A stretch of 60,637 nt of DNA from an uncultured Dehalococcoidales bacterium (GCA_964514415.1 CAZEQL010000002.1:1-60637); one strand, 5' to 3'; shown: positions 1 through 9,259, counted from the stretch's first letter. Notes: generated by a model not told the origin, from the letters alone. Made by a program: numbers and translations.

Positions 1-261
1 AGTGGCGCAAAGTTGGTCTACATTATAGAAATTCAATTCCATAGTGCCTTACGCTAAGATTATCACAATTTATGATTTTCTATCAACCACAACATAGGTT
101 TTTTGACTTTTGTGAATAGTTTCGCAGGCATACGAAGAAGAAATCAATGAAAGACTATGCGGAATACCAAAAATAACTGACGCCGCCTTAATATGGCGGC
201 ATCGTTACTCCTTCTACTCATGATAGATGAGCTGTTATTATGGTAGTGTATTATTTGGCTC

Positions 262-291
262 TTGTCAAAATACATTTGCCCTGGCTATTCA
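262..291 (+). promoter_or_regulatory. Possible sigma70-type promoter of the DUF262-hsdR operon (TTGTCA, 18-nt spacer, TATTCA)
   Basis: Hexamers read by eye at 262-267 and 286-291. A 9-nt direct repeat TCATGATAG occurs at 218-226 and 289-297, and the second copy overlaps the -10. Confidence 0.25.
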
Positions 292-363
292 TGATAGCCC
301 TTAAGGGAGATACTCTGCGCGAGGCATGCTAAAGGATGCTGAGAAATTATTGGAGGTGGAACC

Positions 364-2202
364 ATGAACAAACAAGTAGACGCGTATCCAAAGACTGTGC
401 GAGGCTTGCTGGAAAACGTTAAGTACAAAATCGACTATTATCAGCGAGAGTACAAATGGAAAAAAGAGAACATCTCAGTATTGCTCGAGGATCTCGAGAG
501 CAAGTTCCTACAAAGCTATGAAGAGGGGCATGCACGTACCAAAGTACAGGAATACCCCCACTACTTCCTGGGTTCGATAGTAATCAGTCGCAAGAACGAC
601 CAGAATTTCATTATCGACGGACAGCAGCGACTTACATCACTAACGCTTCTTCTGATATATCTGAGCCATCTACAGATGGATGAGCCGGACTCTGATAGAG
701 TTGATGTCAGTAAGTTTGTCTATTCCGAAAGGTTTGGACAGAAGTCTTTCAATATTGATGTACCGGAGCGCTCAGACTACATTAGGGCTCTTTTTCGCGG
801 CGAGGATTTCCCGACAGATGCACGGCCGGAGTCAATACGTAACATTGTCGCACGCTACAAGGACATAGAGCAGCTTTTTCCGGACACGTTGAAGAACAAC
901 ACCTTGCCGTATTTCATAGACTGGCTAATCGATGATGTGGATCTGGTAGCGATTACAGCATATTCAGATGATGACGCCTATGCTATCTTCGAAACTATGA
1001 ACGACCGCGGCTTGAGCCTGAGTCCTACTGAAATGCTTAAGGGCTATCTGCTGTCCAGAATCGACGACCCGGAGCTTAAGCAAAAAGCCAACGATCTGTG
1101 GAGGGCGAGGTTGCTTCAATTCCTTGAGAGGGAAGAAGCCGAAGCTGATTTCTTCAAATCATGGCTCCGCTCCCAGTACGCGGATACCATACGCGAGCGC
1201 AAAAAAGGCGCTGTCAACAATGATTTCGAAGGCTTAGGCACCAGCTATCATAAATGGGTACGGGATAACCAGAAGCGAGTTGGGTTGACGACACATTTGG
1301 ATTTCTATGATTTCATACACCGCCTATTCGACCACTACAGCACACACTATCTGCGACTTCACCAAGCAGCTAAGGAATTAACACCTGGATTGGAATACGT
1401 GTACTACAGTGCACATAACGACTTCACACTGCAGGAGCCGCTAATCTTGGCAGCTATTAGACCCGAAGATGACGTGGCGACTGTGGACAAGAAGATGCGA
1501 CTGGTAGCTGGCTACATAGACATTTTCATCGCACGCCGTATTGTAAATTCCCGAACGCTCGGCTATTCATCAATAGTCTATACCATGTTCAACCTCATGA
1601 AGGAAATACGCGGGCTCGATGTTCCAAGTCTAGTCGAATTCCTGAAGAGCAAAGTGCAGCAAATGGAGGAAACTTTTGAAGGGGTAGAGCATCTCTACGT
1701 GCATCAGCAGAATCGTTATCGGATTCATTTCTTACTAGCACGAATTACCCACCATATAGAGAAAAGGTGCGGGGTAGAAAGCAGTTTCCTTACTTACGTG
1801 TCAAGGGATATCAAGAAGCCATTTGAAATAGAGCATATCTGGGCTGATAAATATGAGCAGCATACAGATGAATTTGACCATCCTTACGAGTTTGACCAAT
1901 ACCGTAATCGTATCGGTGGATTGATATTGCTACCACGTGGTGTTAATCAGAGTTTCAGTGCCGATACCTACGAAGACAAACTGGATGAATACTTTGGCCA
2001 GAACATGCTTGCGAAGACTCTTCACGCCAATTGCTACAAGAGCAATCCATCATTTCTCAGTTACAAAGAGCGATCCGGTTTGCCTTTCAAGCCATATCCC
2101 GCACAGTTTACCAAGACGTCCTTGGACGAACGTCAGAAGCTATATCAGTATATCTGTGAGGAGATATGGAGTCCGGAGCGATTTGATCGAGAATTGGCAT
2201 GA
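364..2202 (+). CDS. DUF262 (ParB-like, DGQQR motif) plus C-terminal DUF1524-like His-Me nuclease; GmrSD-family type IV restriction-like protein
   Basis: N-terminal [15 protein letters not shown] motif. The C-terminal FEIEHIWA...[16 protein letters not shown] resembles DUF1524. Stop TGA 2200-2202 overlaps the hsdR ATG at 2199 (ATGA). Confidence 0.8.
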   Translation: MNKQVDAYPKTVRGLLENVKYKIDYYQREYKWKKENISVLLEDLESKFLQSYEEGHARTKVQEYPHYFLGSIVISRKNDQNFIIDGQQRLTSLTLLLIYLSHLQMDEPDSDRVDVSKFVYSERFGQKSFNIDVPERSDYIRALFRGEDFPTDARPESIRNIVARYKDIEQLFPDTLKNNTLPYFIDWLIDDVDLVAITAYSDDDAYAIFETMNDRGLSLSPTEMLKGYLLSRIDDPELKQKANDLWRARLLQFLEREEAEADFFKSWLRSQYADTIRERKKGAVNNDFEGLGTSYHKWVRDNQKRVGLTTHLDFYDFIHRLFDHYSTHYLRLHQAAKELTPGLEYVYYSAHNDFTLQEPLILAAIRPEDDVATVDKKMRLVAGYIDIFIARRIVNSRTLGYSSIVYTMFNLMKEIRGLDVPSLVEFLKSKVQQMEETFEGVEHLYVHQQNRYRIHFLLARITHHIEKRCGVESSFLTYVSRDIKKPFEIEHIWADKYEQHTDEFDHPYEFDQYRNRIGGLILLPRGVNQSFSADTYEDKLDEYFGQNMLAKTLHANCYKSNPSFLSYKERSGLPFKPYPAQFTKTSLDERQKLYQYICEEIWSPERFDRELA

Positions 2203-5200
2203 CGAGTATCTGCATTACAGAATCCGTTGTCGAAGAAGCCACCATTGACTGGTTCAAGAAACTGGGCTATCAGTATCTGCCCGGGCCGGATATCGCCTGC
2301 GATGGTCCTTATCCTGAGCGGGGAAGCTACGCTGATGTAGTGTTGGAGGAACGGCTGCGCTCCGCTCTGGTTGCTCTAAACCCAGATATACCGGCCGAAG
2401 CATTAGAGGATGCCTTCAGAAAGATCACCCGTCCTGGTAGTCCCAACTTCATTGTTAATAACCGCCAGTTTCATAAGATGCTGACCGAGGGTGTGGATGT
2501 GGAATACCACAATGAAGAGGGACGGATTGTCGGTGATAAGGTGTGGTTGGTGGATTTTACCCACCCAGAGAGTAACGATTGGCTGGTAGTCAATCAGTTC
2601 ACAGTTATTGAAGGACAGCAGAACCGACGCCCTGACCTGGTCGTTTTTGTGAATGGCCTGCCACTTGCGGTGATAGAGCTAAAAAACCCCGCTGACGAAA
2701 ACGCCACGATAAAGGCAGCCTACAAGCAGTTTCAGACCTACAAGATGGATATACCCTCCCTTTTCACATATAACGAAATGCTGGTCATTAGCGACGGCAC
2801 TGAGGCTCGCGGGGGGACGATAACATCTGGCTGGGAGTGGTTTCTGCCCTGGCGCACCAGCGACGGGGCAACCGTTAACCAAAAAGATATTCCAGAACTG
2901 GAGGTGCTGCTCAATGGCATATTCGAGAAGAGTCGCTTCCTCGATTTGGTACGCCACTTCATCCTTTTCGAGGTAGACGGCTCTAAGATAACCAAGAAGA
3001 TGGCAGCCTACCATCAATATCACGCTGTTAATGCGGCGGTAGCTGCCACGGTGAAAGCCACTTCACCAAGGGGAGACAGACGCGTTGGCGTGGTGTGGCA
3101 CACGCAGGGGGCGGGCAAGAGCCTTACCATGGTGTTTTATGCCGGTAAGATAATCCTTCATCCGCTCATGGAAAATCCTACGCTGGTATTGCTCACTGAC
3201 AGGAACGACCTCGACCAGCAACTGTTTGATAACTTCGCATTAGCCCAGGATCTTCTCCGACAAGAGCCGGAGCAAGCCGAGAGTCGGGAACATTTGAGGA
3301 GACTGTTAAAGGTAGCTTCCGGGGGCATCATATTTACAACCATTCAAAAATTCCTGCCAGGAAATGGGGATAGATTTCCTCCGCTTTCAGACAGACTTAA
3401 CATTGTAGTTATTGCTGACGAGGCTCATCGCAGTCAATATGACTTCATTGACGGATTAGCGCGGAACATGCGGGATGCTCTACCCAATGCTTCATTCATA
3501 GGGTTCACCGGAACGCCCATAGAAAAGGCAGACAGAAGTACTCCGGCAGTGTTCGGAGATTACATCAGCATCTATGATATACAGCAGGCAGTGGCTGATG
3601 GCGCTACCGTTCGCATCTTCTACGAGGGCCGCCTGGCGAAGATTGAGCTGAAAGAAAACGAAAGACCGCACATAGACCCTGAATTTGAGGAGGTAACCGA
3701 AAGCGAGGAGGAGAGTGTTAGAGAGAAGCTCAAGAACAAGTGGGCCCGGCTGGAAGCAATGGTTGGCACGGAGAAGCGGATAAACCTTGTGGCAAGAGAC
3801 ATTGTAAATCATTTTGAGCAGCGCCTTGAAGTAATGGATGGTAAAGGGATGATAGTCTGTATGAGCCGTCGTATCTGTGTAGACCTCTACGATGCCATCA
3901 TTAAACTCTGTCCCTCCTGGCATCATCAAGATGACGATAAAGGTGCTATCAAAGTGATTATGACCGGTTCAGCGAGCGACCCCGCAAACTATCAGCTTCA
4001 TATACGCAACAAACTTCGCCGTGAGACTATCAAAAAGCGAATGAGAGACCCCTCAGACTCGATGAAATTGGTTATCGTCCGTGATATGTGGCTTACCGGC
4101 TTCGATGCGCCCTGCCTGCATACTATGTATATCGATAAACCAATGCGTGGTCACGGTCTGATGCAAGCCATAGCCCGTGTTAATCGTGTTTTCCGAGATA
4201 AACCTGGTGGCTTGGTAGTGGACTACCTTGGTATAGCGGATGAGCTAAAGAAGGCACTGGCTGACTACACGGAAGGCTCACGCCGTGATACAGGCATCCC
4301 CCAGGAAGAGGCCGTAGCAATCATGCTGGAGAAATATGAGGTCGTCTCTGCCATGTTCCATGACTTTGACTACTCCAAGTTCATAATCGGCACCCCTGCT
4401 GAACGATTGGCGGTTATTCCAGCAGCTATGGAGCATATCTTAAGCCAGGAGGATGGAAAGGCACGGCTGCTACAAGCTGTGACTGAACTGTCGCAGGCTT
4501 TCGCTCTGTCTGTCCCGCACAGCGAGGCATTGAGAATCAAGGACGATGTTGGCTTTTTCCAGGCTATTAAGTCAGCCATAGCCAAGAACACACGTGTGCC
4601 TGGCAAGCCAGAGGAGGAACTGGATTTAGCTGTTCGCCAAATCGTGTCCAGGGCCGTATCATCCGATGAAGTAGTTGATATATTCAGTGCCGCTGGCCTC
4701 AAAAGACCTGACATCTCCATCCTATCCGACGAGTTTCTCTCTGAAATTCAAGGAATGCCGCATCGCAATCTGGCTCTTGAGGTGTTGCAGAAGCTCCTTA
4801 ATGACGAGATTAAAGCGCGAGCGAAGAGGAATCTGGTTCAATCCAGGTCGTTTGCGGAGATGCTTGAAAGAACCATCCGGAGATACCAGAACCGAACCAT
4901 TGAGGCTGCCCAGGTTATTTTGGAGCTTATCGAGTTGGCTAAAGAGATGCGTGAGGCTAAATCTCGCGGTGAGAAACTGGGCCTAACAGAAGACGAAGTG
5001 GCTTTTTACGATGCTCTTGAGGTCAATGATAGCGCGGTGAAAGTGCTTGGCGATGAGACTTTGAAAACAATAGCTCGGGGGCTAGTAGAAGCGGTGCGGC
5101 GTAATGTCACCATAGATTGGACTGTGCGGGAAAGTGCTCGTGCTAAGCTGCGGATAACAGTCAGGCGGCTGCTGCGAAAGTATGGGTATCCACCAGACAA

Positions 5201-5267
5201 GCAGGAGAAGGCTACATTAACTGTCCTGGAGCAGGCTGAATTACTGTGTAAGGACTGGGTTGATTGA
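2199..5267 (+). CDS. hsdR: Type I restriction enzyme R subunit (HsdR), apparently intact
   Basis: PD-(D/E)xK core [18 protein letters not shown], then [20 protein letters not shown] and QAIARVNR. The C-terminal helical tail ([10 protein letters not shown]...[12 protein letters not shown]) is typical of HsdR. Confidence 0.9.
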   Translation: MTSICITESVVEEATIDWFKKLGYQYLPGPDIACDGPYPERGSYADVVLEERLRSALVALNPDIPAEALEDAFRKITRPGSPNFIVNNRQFHKMLTEGVDVEYHNEEGRIVGDKVWLVDFTHPESNDWLVVNQFTVIEGQQNRRPDLVVFVNGLPLAVIELKNPADENATIKAAYKQFQTYKMDIPSLFTYNEMLVISDGTEARGGTITSGWEWFLPWRTSDGATVNQKDIPELEVLLNGIFEKSRFLDLVRHFILFEVDGSKITKKMAAYHQYHAVNAAVAATVKATSPRGDRRVGVVWHTQGAGKSLTMVFYAGKIILHPLMENPTLVLLTDRNDLDQQLFDNFALAQDLLRQEPEQAESREHLRRLLKVASGGIIFTTIQKFLPGNGDRFPPLSDRLNIVVIADEAHRSQYDFIDGLARNMRDALPNASFIGFTGTPIEKADRSTPAVFGDYISIYDIQQAVADGATVRIFYEGRLAKIELKENERPHIDPEFEEVTESEEESVREKLKNKWARLEAMVGTEKRINLVARDIVNHFEQRLEVMDGKGMIVCMSRRICVDLYDAIIKLCPSWHHQDDDKGAIKVIMTGSASDPANYQLHIRNKLRRETIKKRMRDPSDSMKLVIVRDMWLTGFDAPCLHTMYIDKPMRGHGLMQAIARVNRVFRDKPGGLVVDYLGIADELKKALADYTEGSRRDTGIPQEEAVAIMLEKYEVVSAMFHDFDYSKFIIGTPAERLAVIPAAMEHILSQEDGKARLLQAVTELSQAFALSVPHSEALRIKDDVGFFQAIKSAIAKNTRVPGKPEEELDLAVRQIVSRAVSSDEVVDIFSAAGLKRPDISILSDEFLSEIQGMPHRNLALEVLQKLLNDEIKARAKRNLVQSRSFAEMLERTIRRYQNRTIEAAQVILELIELAKEMREAKSRGEKLGLTEDEVAFYDALEVNDSAVKVLGDETLKTIARGLVEAVRRNVTIDWTVRESARAKLRITVRRLLRKYGYPPDKQEKATLTVLEQAELLCKDWVD

Positions 5268-5269
5268 AA

Positions 5270-5713
5270 ATGCGACCAGACTCATCCAAAGCTTTGGCCC
5301 TGTGGAAGCTAATCGCTGACCACTACGAGCAAAAACAAGAATTGACTACCGACGAAAAGGTGATGCTATCTCACCTGGCAAAGATGTCTGTGTACCTCAA
5401 CTCGATTGACGAAGAATCTCTTGGCTGGCTAAAGCTGACTGCAAAGTACGCGGACCGAGGTCACGACACTCCTACGCTTGTGGAGAACTTAAATCGGCTG
5501 GCCGACGCTTCACCACGCAACGCTGGCCTGGTGGTTCTTGAGATGCTGAATAACGACATATACCCTGACTATGACGTCCAGCACATAATCTCAGCGGTTG
5601 AAAAGGTCTACTTGGCTGGTGAGCGGGAGCTTGGAAACTCGATCTGCAATATGTATTTGCAACGTGGCCACGAATTCTTAAGAGAACTGTTCGACCGGTA
5701 CAACACTGGATAG
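5270..5713 (+). CDS. Hypothetical 147-aa predicted all-helical protein, coupled to hsdR
   Basis: ATG at 5270 lies 2 nt after the hsdR stop; an alternative TTG at 5264 overlaps it. I recognise no motif. Confidence 0.55.
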   Translation: MRPDSSKALALWKLIADHYEQKQELTTDEKVMLSHLAKMSVYLNSIDEESLGWLKLTAKYADRGHDTPTLVENLNRLADASPRNAGLVVLEMLNNDIYPDYDVQHIISAVEKVYLAGERELGNSICNMYLQRGHEFLRELFDRYNTG

Positions 5714-6115
5714 CCCGGCCTACCTACCTGGAAGAGGGCTACTCAACAGATGGGAGTAACGGTCTTCTCGAACGTCTTGGTTTTACCTTTTGTACGAAAT
5801 GACGGGCTTGAGTGGATTAGAACTAATCGGCGGTTCACACAGTATGAATCAAATGGCGACCGGACAGATAAGCAGTGCTTTAATCGTCTGGTCCTAAAAT
5901 ACTATCTTAAGCCAATTGTTGCCTGGCAGGCAAGTATGGTAAAATCGGGCAAGCAAGTGGCGGTAGGTCAGGAAAAACCGGTCGTCTGACTCGCTGGGAA
6001 AAGAGGCTGGTTTCTCTTGCTTTTCAGGTTCGAAAAGCGTGTATAATAGGGCTGAGCGGCAAGCCCCCTTCCAAGCATGTTATCTCGCTATTCTTCAAGC
6101 AGAATGAAGCTAAAG

Positions 6116-6334
6116 CTAGTCTCTACTACGCTGACCGTTTTGGGCAACCAGCCTGTCCATAGGCGAAAGGCAGAATCTCAAGACTATTACATGGGAAGCG
6201 GTTTGATTAACATACCACCGTGTCACTTCCAGGGTCTCGTATCCCAATATCCTCTGCAAAGTCAGACCGTTCCCAACACCGATAAGGTAGTTTGTGGTAA
6301 AGGTACGAGCGAAACAGATATATATGTAGATTGG
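6116..6334 (-). pseudogene. C-terminal remnant (~72 codons) of a tyrosine recombinase/integrase
   Basis: The minus-strand frame reads CFARTFTTNYLIGVGNGLTLQRILGYETLEVTRWYVN. This matches the box II pattern hxlRHtfat-l---G-dl--iq-lLGH----T--Y-H, with LGH changed to LGY. There is no N-terminal 3/4 and no start codon. Confidence 0.45.
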
Positions 6335-6395
6335 CTAATTTAGCTTCAAAGTACCCCTATTGACAATACATATTTTACAATATCTTCAGAGAAAG

Positions 6396-6425
6396 TTGAC
6401 AATATTACAAATTATGGGTTACAAT
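6396..6425 (+). promoter_or_regulatory. Sigma70-like promoter (TTGACA, 18-nt spacer, TACAAT) for the wHTH-GHKL-DUF4325 gene, embedded in TTACAAT/TTGACAATA repeats
   Basis: TTGACAATA occurs at 6360-6368 and 6396-6404. TTACAAT occurs at 6375-6381, 6419-6425 and 6463-6469, the last copy overlapping the ATG. Confidence 0.4.
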
Positions 6426-6467
6426 AATGCAAGTAAAAGTTACCAATAAATTAAAGGGGAATTTACA

Positions 6468-7505
6468 ATGACAAAGCGAGTTGCTGAAATCAGAAGCTAT
6501 ATCCTGAAGAATGTTAGTAAACATCCTGCTGACATCGTCAATGTAACGGCGTCGCAGTTTCATATCACACGGCAAGCAGCAGCAAGGCATGTGCGCCAAT
6601 TAGTGAATAATGGGACACTCACAGCTAATGGCAAAACAAAAGCTAGGAAATATGAACTGAAGAAGTTGGTAGACGAGATATTTCATCTAGATGTGACACA
6701 AGGCTTTGAAGAAGATGTGATATGGCGACAGAATGTATTGCCCTTGATGACTAACCTTCCCAAGAACGTTTTGGATATTTGCCAGTATGGGGTTACTGAG
6801 ATCCTAAACAATGTACTTGCGCACTCAGAAGCCGCTAAGGCATGGGTCAAGATAGAACGTGATGCCGCGCTCGTTACGATACAGATTTACGACTACGGAG
6901 TTGGTATATTCAATAAGATTCAGAGAGCATTCAACTTACATGACCCAAGGCACGCATTACTTGAGCTTACTAAGGGGAAACTGACCTCAGAACAAGCACA
7001 TCATACAGGAGAAGGGATTTTCTTCACATCGAGGATGTTCGATGAATTCTCGATTCTTTCTAGCAACCTTTTCTTTGATAGGGTAAATAAACAGGATGAC
7101 GACTGGCTAATAGAGGTTGAGGAGCGTAATCAATCCGAAGGAACATTAGTTACAATGAAAATTCATACACAAGCACGCCAAACAACTTTGGAAATATTTA
7201 CAAGGGCTACATCAGGGGAATTGGGTCATGATTTTTCACGCACGCACGTTCCTGTCAAACTAGCACGATATGACACCGAGCAGCTAGTGTCACGTTCCCA
7301 GGCAAGACGTGTATTGGCCCGTTTTGACCAATTCAAGGAAGTTCTGTTAGATTTCCAAGGCATTGCTGAAATTGGTCCTGCCTTTGCAGACGAGATTTTC
7401 CGCGTTTACCAAAATGAGCATCCCGAAATACATATTCGGGCAACACGTGCCTTATCACAAGTTCAGCAAATGATTTCCCGAACGAAGCAAGCCATCGAGG
7501 TCTAG
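6468..7505 (+). CDS. Fusion protein: N-terminal winged HTH, GHKL (SpoIIAB/RsbW-like) ATPase, C-terminal STAS-like DUF4325
   Basis: N-box EILNNVLAHS, G1 DYGVGI and G2 GEGIFF. The C-terminal VLLDFQGIAEIGPAFADEIFRV is typical of DUF4325. The N-terminal ITRQAAARHVRQLVNNG is HTH-like. Confidence 0.7.
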   Translation: MTKRVAEIRSYILKNVSKHPADIVNVTASQFHITRQAAARHVRQLVNNGTLTANGKTKARKYELKKLVDEIFHLDVTQGFEEDVIWRQNVLPLMTNLPKNVLDICQYGVTEILNNVLAHSEAAKAWVKIERDAALVTIQIYDYGVGIFNKIQRAFNLHDPRHALLELTKGKLTSEQAHHTGEGIFFTSRMFDEFSILSSNLFFDRVNKQDDDWLIEVEERNQSEGTLVTMKIHTQARQTTLEIFTRATSGELGHDFSRTHVPVKLARYDTEQLVSRSQARRVLARFDQFKEVLLDFQGIAEIGPAFADEIFRVYQNEHPEIHIRATRALSQVQQMISRTKQAIEV

Positions 7506-7506
7506 C

Positions 7507-7752
7507 TTAAGTAATTCTGGCACTCCATCTTACACGGGCAGCTTTCCTTGCAATTTCCTTACGCTGGTCTTCCGTCAATTTTTGTGCTCTAACAACACCA
7601 CCCTTCTTGCCACCCAACTTGCCAAGAGCAACTGCATGTGGATTCTTTTCAGGCGGAGGTCCCTCAGTTTCATTAGCAGCTTCTTCCACAATGAAAGCAG
7701 CTGATTCATTTGTGTCTTTAGGAATTTTCTTCTTACTTGAACGCTTAGGCAT
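7507..7752 (-). CDS. Small basic protein (81 aa) with the C-terminal motif LGKLGGKKGG...RKEIARKAARVRW
   Basis: Lys/Arg-rich termini. I recall this C-terminal motif from many small hypothetical proteins. The gene is convergent with the previous gene, with a 1-nt gap. Confidence 0.5.
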   Translation of the reverse strand: MPKRSSKKKIPKDTNESAAFIVEEAANETEGPPPEKNPHAVALGKLGGKKGGVVRAQKLTEDQRKEIARKAARVRWSARIT

Positions 7753-7935
7753 ACTATGATTATCACATGCCTGAACTTTTTTTGTCTAGCTCCCCATATT
7801 TCAAATTGACCCACTACCAAATATTCAGCAGAATGATATGGGGTAGACCCTGAAATTAATGAATCCTACACAATCCACACTTCATACCTAGTTGTCTGTT
7901 ACAGCGCCTTGTGGGGTGGCTCATAGTATCAAATG

Positions 7936-8295
7936 CTACTCTTCAATATCTCGAGGTTCGGTAAGCAGTTGGATTCCTTCCATGATTTGATAGACACGAT
8001 TACGGGACAGCGAACCAACTTTTTCGACCAAATCGCTTTTGTTTACGGTGAAGACCTGGGATATGTTTACGACGCTTTGTTTGGACAAATTTGCTTCGCC
8101 CTTCTCCAAAAGTACATTGCCTGGAGCCCTGGCACGCTTAAGATTTGAAGTCAAAGTACACACTACCACTGTCTGAATGCGACTGCGGTTAAATACATTG
8201 TTCTGGATGACCACGTGCGGGAGACGATAGCCCGGCTCTGACCCTGATGGCTCACCAAATTCGACCCAGAATATGTCACCTTGGTTGATTACCAT
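7936..8295 (-). CDS. mazF: MazF/PemK-family type II toxin (endoribonuclease)
   Basis: GDIFWVEF...GSEPGYRLPHVVIQNN...VVVCTLTS matches the PemK/MazF fold signature. It overlaps the upstream antitoxin by 7 nt. Confidence 0.85.
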   Translation of the reverse strand: MVINQGDIFWVEFGEPSGSEPGYRLPHVVIQNNVFNRSRIQTVVVCTLTSNLKRARAPGNVLLEKGEANLSKQSVVNISQVFTVNKSDLVEKVGSLSRNRVYQIMEGIQLLTEPRDIEE

Positions 8296-8543
8296 TGGTC
8301 CTTCACCAGCTCACGGTGTCGGGCTCGCATGTATCGCTGTGTGGTTTGTTCCTCTGAGTCAGGTAGGTCAGCGTAGGCGGTATTGATAGCGTCGAGCAGT
8401 TTTTGATTCTTATGACGTTGGATGAATTCGCGAGCAGCTAACGCAAATAGATGGCTACGCGAGATTTCTAATTCATGGGCTAAGGCATCCACTTGTTCAA
8501 AAAGTGGCTTTTCCATTGAAATAGCAGTTTTCATATTTGCCAT
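8289..8543 (-). CDS. Ribbon-helix-helix (CopG/MazE-like) antitoxin
   Basis: N-terminal KTAISMEKPLFEQVDALAHELEISRSHLFALAAREFI is an RHH. SD AGGAGGG lies upstream. A CCATTGGT repeat occurs at 8540-8547 and 8576-8583. Confidence 0.8.
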   Translation of the reverse strand: MANMKTAISMEKPLFEQVDALAHELEISRSHLFALAAREFIQRHKNQKLLDAINTAYADLPDSEEQTTQRYMRARHRELVKDQW

Positions 8544-8683
8544 TGGTTATACCCTCCTTAGGATTACTAGTATAACCATTGGTATGCATCATGTCAATAC
8601 TTCCATCAAAAGCTATTGGTGTTAGCTGCCCAACATCCAAACTTCTTCGTGGGAGTAGATTGTGTTTGATGGAATATGTTATG

Positions 8684-8760
8684 TGGTACCCCTGGGGCGA
8701 CTCGAACGCCCGACACGCGGTTTAGGAAACCGCTGCTCTATCCACCTGAGCTACAGGGGC
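8684..8760 (-). tRNA. tRNA-Arg (anticodon CCT), CCA encoded
   Basis: The reverse complement folds as a cloverleaf: GCCCCTG / GCTC-AGGTGGATA-GAGC / GCGGT-TTCCTAA-ACCGC / GTGTC / GGGCG-TTCGAGT-CGCCC / CAGGGGT-A-CCA. The 5' end overlaps the last 10 nt of coaD. Confidence 0.9.
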
Positions 8761-9257
8761 ATGTTCACTTTAGAATGCCCAGCAAGGGACTTCTCTTGTA
8801 GAGCAATAGCAACATGGTCAGGAACCATGCCTTCAAGACAGCCACCCAGCATAGCCACTTCCTTAATCAAGCTAGAACTAAGGAATTGATATTGAGTGCT
8901 GCTCATTAAGCAAACTAGCTCAACATCCGGTGCCAACTTTTTGTTCATCAGCGCCATTTCGAATTCTCGCTCGAAATCAGAATTTACCCTTAACCCACGA
9001 ATTATAACTTTCCCCCCTACCTTACGTACAAAATCCACGGCAAGCCCCCCAAAAGGTTTAACCTGGACATCGGGTAAACCAGCTATTGCTTTCTTTGCTA
9101 ACTCTAGCCTTTGCTCCAGAGAGAAAAGAGGCTGTTTACCAGGATTCTCATAGACGCCGATAATCAACTTGTCGAACAGCGCTGATACTCGCTCAATAAT
9201 ATCCATGTGCCCATTGGTAATGGGGTCAAAGGTGCCGGGATAAACTCCTACTGTCAT
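8751..9257 (-). CDS. coaD: Phosphopantetheine adenylyltransferase
   Basis: YPGTFDPITNGHMDII and the overall CoaD pattern. Confidence 0.9.
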   Translation of the reverse strand: MTVGVYPGTFDPITNGHMDIIERVSALFDKLIIGVYENPGKQPLFSLEQRLELAKKAIAGLPDVQVKPFGGLAVDFVRKVGGKVIIRGLRVNSDFEREFEMALMNKKLAPDVELVCLMSSTQYQFLSSSLIKEVAMLGGCLEGMVPDHVAIALQEKSLAGHSKVNMPL

Positions 9258-9259
9258 AA

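Noticed and set aside
1-41. A possible minus-strand gene start (MELNFYNVDQLCAT...) running off the left edge.
   Set aside because: Only 13 codons are visible, which cannot support a call. I note it only because it argues against hsdMS lying immediately upstream in the same operon.
5750-6343. Two plus-strand ORFs (79 aa and 88 aa) between the hsdR operon and the GHKL gene.
   Set aside because: Neither has an SD or a recognisable motif. The second is the antisense shadow of the integrase fossil, which explains the open frame better.
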